A DNA stretch of 64,000 nt from Glycera tridactyla (Eukaryota). A model generated the notes under the pieces. That model made no database searches. It worked only from the letters and a program-made list of their open reading frames with translations, and was not told the DNA's origin. A program made the translations under genes and the position numbers. Location of the stretch: assembly GCA_965644265.1 (NCBI GenBank), contig OZ286472.1, forward strand, positions 74,214,001-74,278,000, in the 5' to 3' direction. Shown here piece by piece: positions 62,270 to 64,000 of the stretch (position 1 is its first letter; every line of letters begins with the position of its first letter).

Positions 62270-62900
62270 ATTGGTACTACCATGAGGGTGGTAGATTGTT
62301 CTTCTTGAACTTTTTTCAGGACTCGTGAGATGATACTAAAAGGAGGAAATGCATAGTTTATATCATTTCCCCAGCCATGTAGGAATGCATCTGTATGGAT
62401 TGCTAATGGGTCTGGCCTCCATGAAATGAACTTCTGTAATTGCGTATTTAATCTACTGGCAAACAGGTCTATTTCTGGATATGTTCCCAATTTATGGCAG
62501 ATCCATTCAAAGATTGATGGGTCTAGTTGCCACTCTGTCCGATCATTCTGTGTTCTGCTTTCCATATCAGCCATGATATTGGAAGATCCTTCAGTATATA
62601 TTGCAGACAGCCAGATGTTTTTGTTGATGGCCCAAGTCCAAATTTCTCTGGCTATGAGATTGCGGTGGACTGAGCGACAACTACCCATTTCATTGATATA
62701 ACAGACTGTGGTTACATTATCTGATAGGATCTGAATATGGCAGTCATTCAAATGTTTGCAAAGCGATTGAATTCCATATTTGACAGCAAGAAGTTCTAAA
62801 CTATTGATGTGTAACATTTGTTCATTCTGATTCCAATGTCCATTGGTAGATGATGCCATAGATGTTGCACCCCAACCAGAATTGGATGCATCTGTAAAGG
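61948..62900 (-). pseudogene. DIRS RNase H plus N6-adenine DNA methyltransferase domains (frameshifted from RT)
   Basis: FTDASNSGWG, HINSLELLAV, ILSDNVTTVCYIN, PEIDLFAS, NYAFPPF, VVPIWTTQHWF. Confidence 0.9.
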
Positions 62901-63720
62901 CTGACAATCTATGGTTGGTGGCATAACTGGTTTGGGACAATGTATTGCACTTGATAACCACCAGTAGATATCTTGTACAGAGGCTTCAGATATTGACATG
63001 ATAATGTCCAGACATCCCCGGCTTAATTTTAGAGCAGCGTTTTTGTCTATTTCTAATAGATGCTTGTACAAATATGTGTATTTTACACCTAATTTGCATG
63101 ATTCTACCGTACCAATGAAGCGCATGGTTTGTCTGATGGTAGGTATTCTTGTCAAGAGGGGACCTGCTCTTTCTATAAGTTTCTGGAGTCTCTCTTGGGT
63201 GATGTTCACTTGCATCAGTTTGGTATTAAAATGAAAGCCTAAATGTTCCATCTCCTGAGTGGGGATAGTAACCGATTTGGCAATATTCACTCTGAAACCT
63301 AGGTTTCTGAGGACTGAAATGCTTGAATGAATATCTTCCAGGCATTTCTCTCTTGATGGTGAGACAATAAAAATGTCATCAAGATAATTACTGACTGTAA
63401 TACCCTTCTGTTGCAAATGGGACATCACTGGCTGCATGATCTTAGTAAAGATCCAGGGTGCACATGCTAACCCTTGAGGCATTCCAATGAGTTTATAATG
63501 ATAGTTTTGCCAAGCAAATTTAAGAAATCTTTGGTAAAACTCTGATACTTTGACCGTGAAATATGTGTCTTGCAAATCTAATGAAGCAAGATATGCATCT
63601 CTAAAGATCATGGTTGCACATATTTCAACTGCTGCCATTTTGAAATGGCGATATATTATTTCTTGTTTGATGGGTCGTAAATTTATTATCATCCTAAATT
63701 TTTTCCCATCACGTTTTACA
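62901..63720 (-). pseudogene. DIRS reverse transcriptase
   Basis: KRDGKKFRMIINLR, ASLDLQDTYF, GMPQGLACAPWIFTK, SNYLDDIFI, LGFRVNIAKS, EHLGF; frame broken at ~63720 and ~62900. Confidence 0.9.
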
Positions 63721-64000
63721 GCTTAATCCAAATGCTGAAATAAATAAATTTCCTGCAGTCTCGATATTGAGAATGGTAGTTATATGACAATCATTTCCTG
63801 CACAACATCAGCTAATAATGTTGACAATTTCATAATATAAATACAATTGTAATTGTCAAGCCCTGGTTTGTAAGCCAGAGGAACATAGCTGTAATTATAG
63901 CTCAAAATATTCACTAATTTGGCACTGTCTGGTGATATTTTGTCTACCCGGATTGTCATATGTATTGTCAATGGCTATGATTTTGCATATCAATTTCAGC

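Larger units (their letters stand above)
60573..64000 (-). mobile_element. DIRS1-type tyrosine-recombinase retrotransposon (defective; 5' end outside the window), intronic in RanBP2
   Basis: RT (YLDD), RNase H (FTDAS..GWG, HINSLELLA, SDNVTTV), Dam-like methyltransferase (DLFAS, YAFPPF), overlapping YR ORF, and a 3' inverted repeat. Confidence 0.95.

Overview
Repeat-rich eukaryotic (metazoan, probably marine invertebrate; species not identifiable) genomic DNA. The right third holds the 3' part of a minus-strand RanBP2/Nup358-like gene. Six exons were spliced by hand (60092-59820, 58533-58358, 56980-56908, 56133-54919, 50430-50240, 46769-46626); all have GT/AG ends and matching phases. They encode one complete Ran-binding domain, then an unusual 405-codon frame-symmetric exon with an 84-nt tandem array of GNP(Y/H)Y (NPxY) motifs, an acidic exon, and a short exon that stops 24 nt before a further splice donor. 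I found no cyclophilin exons. The intron upstream of the RanBD carries a DIRS1-type tyrosine-recombinase retrotransposon (RT, RNase H, N6-adenine methyltransferase, YR, terminal inverted repeat) disabled by frameshifts and a double stop just before the catalytic Tyr. The rest (1-46 kb) is a mosaic of one SINE-like family whose 12 recognisable loci all point the same way, pogo-like MITEs, hAT-like MITEs (several with 6-bp target duplications), LINE remnants, minisatellites and one orphan exon candidate. No rRNA, tRNA or CRISPR array is supported.
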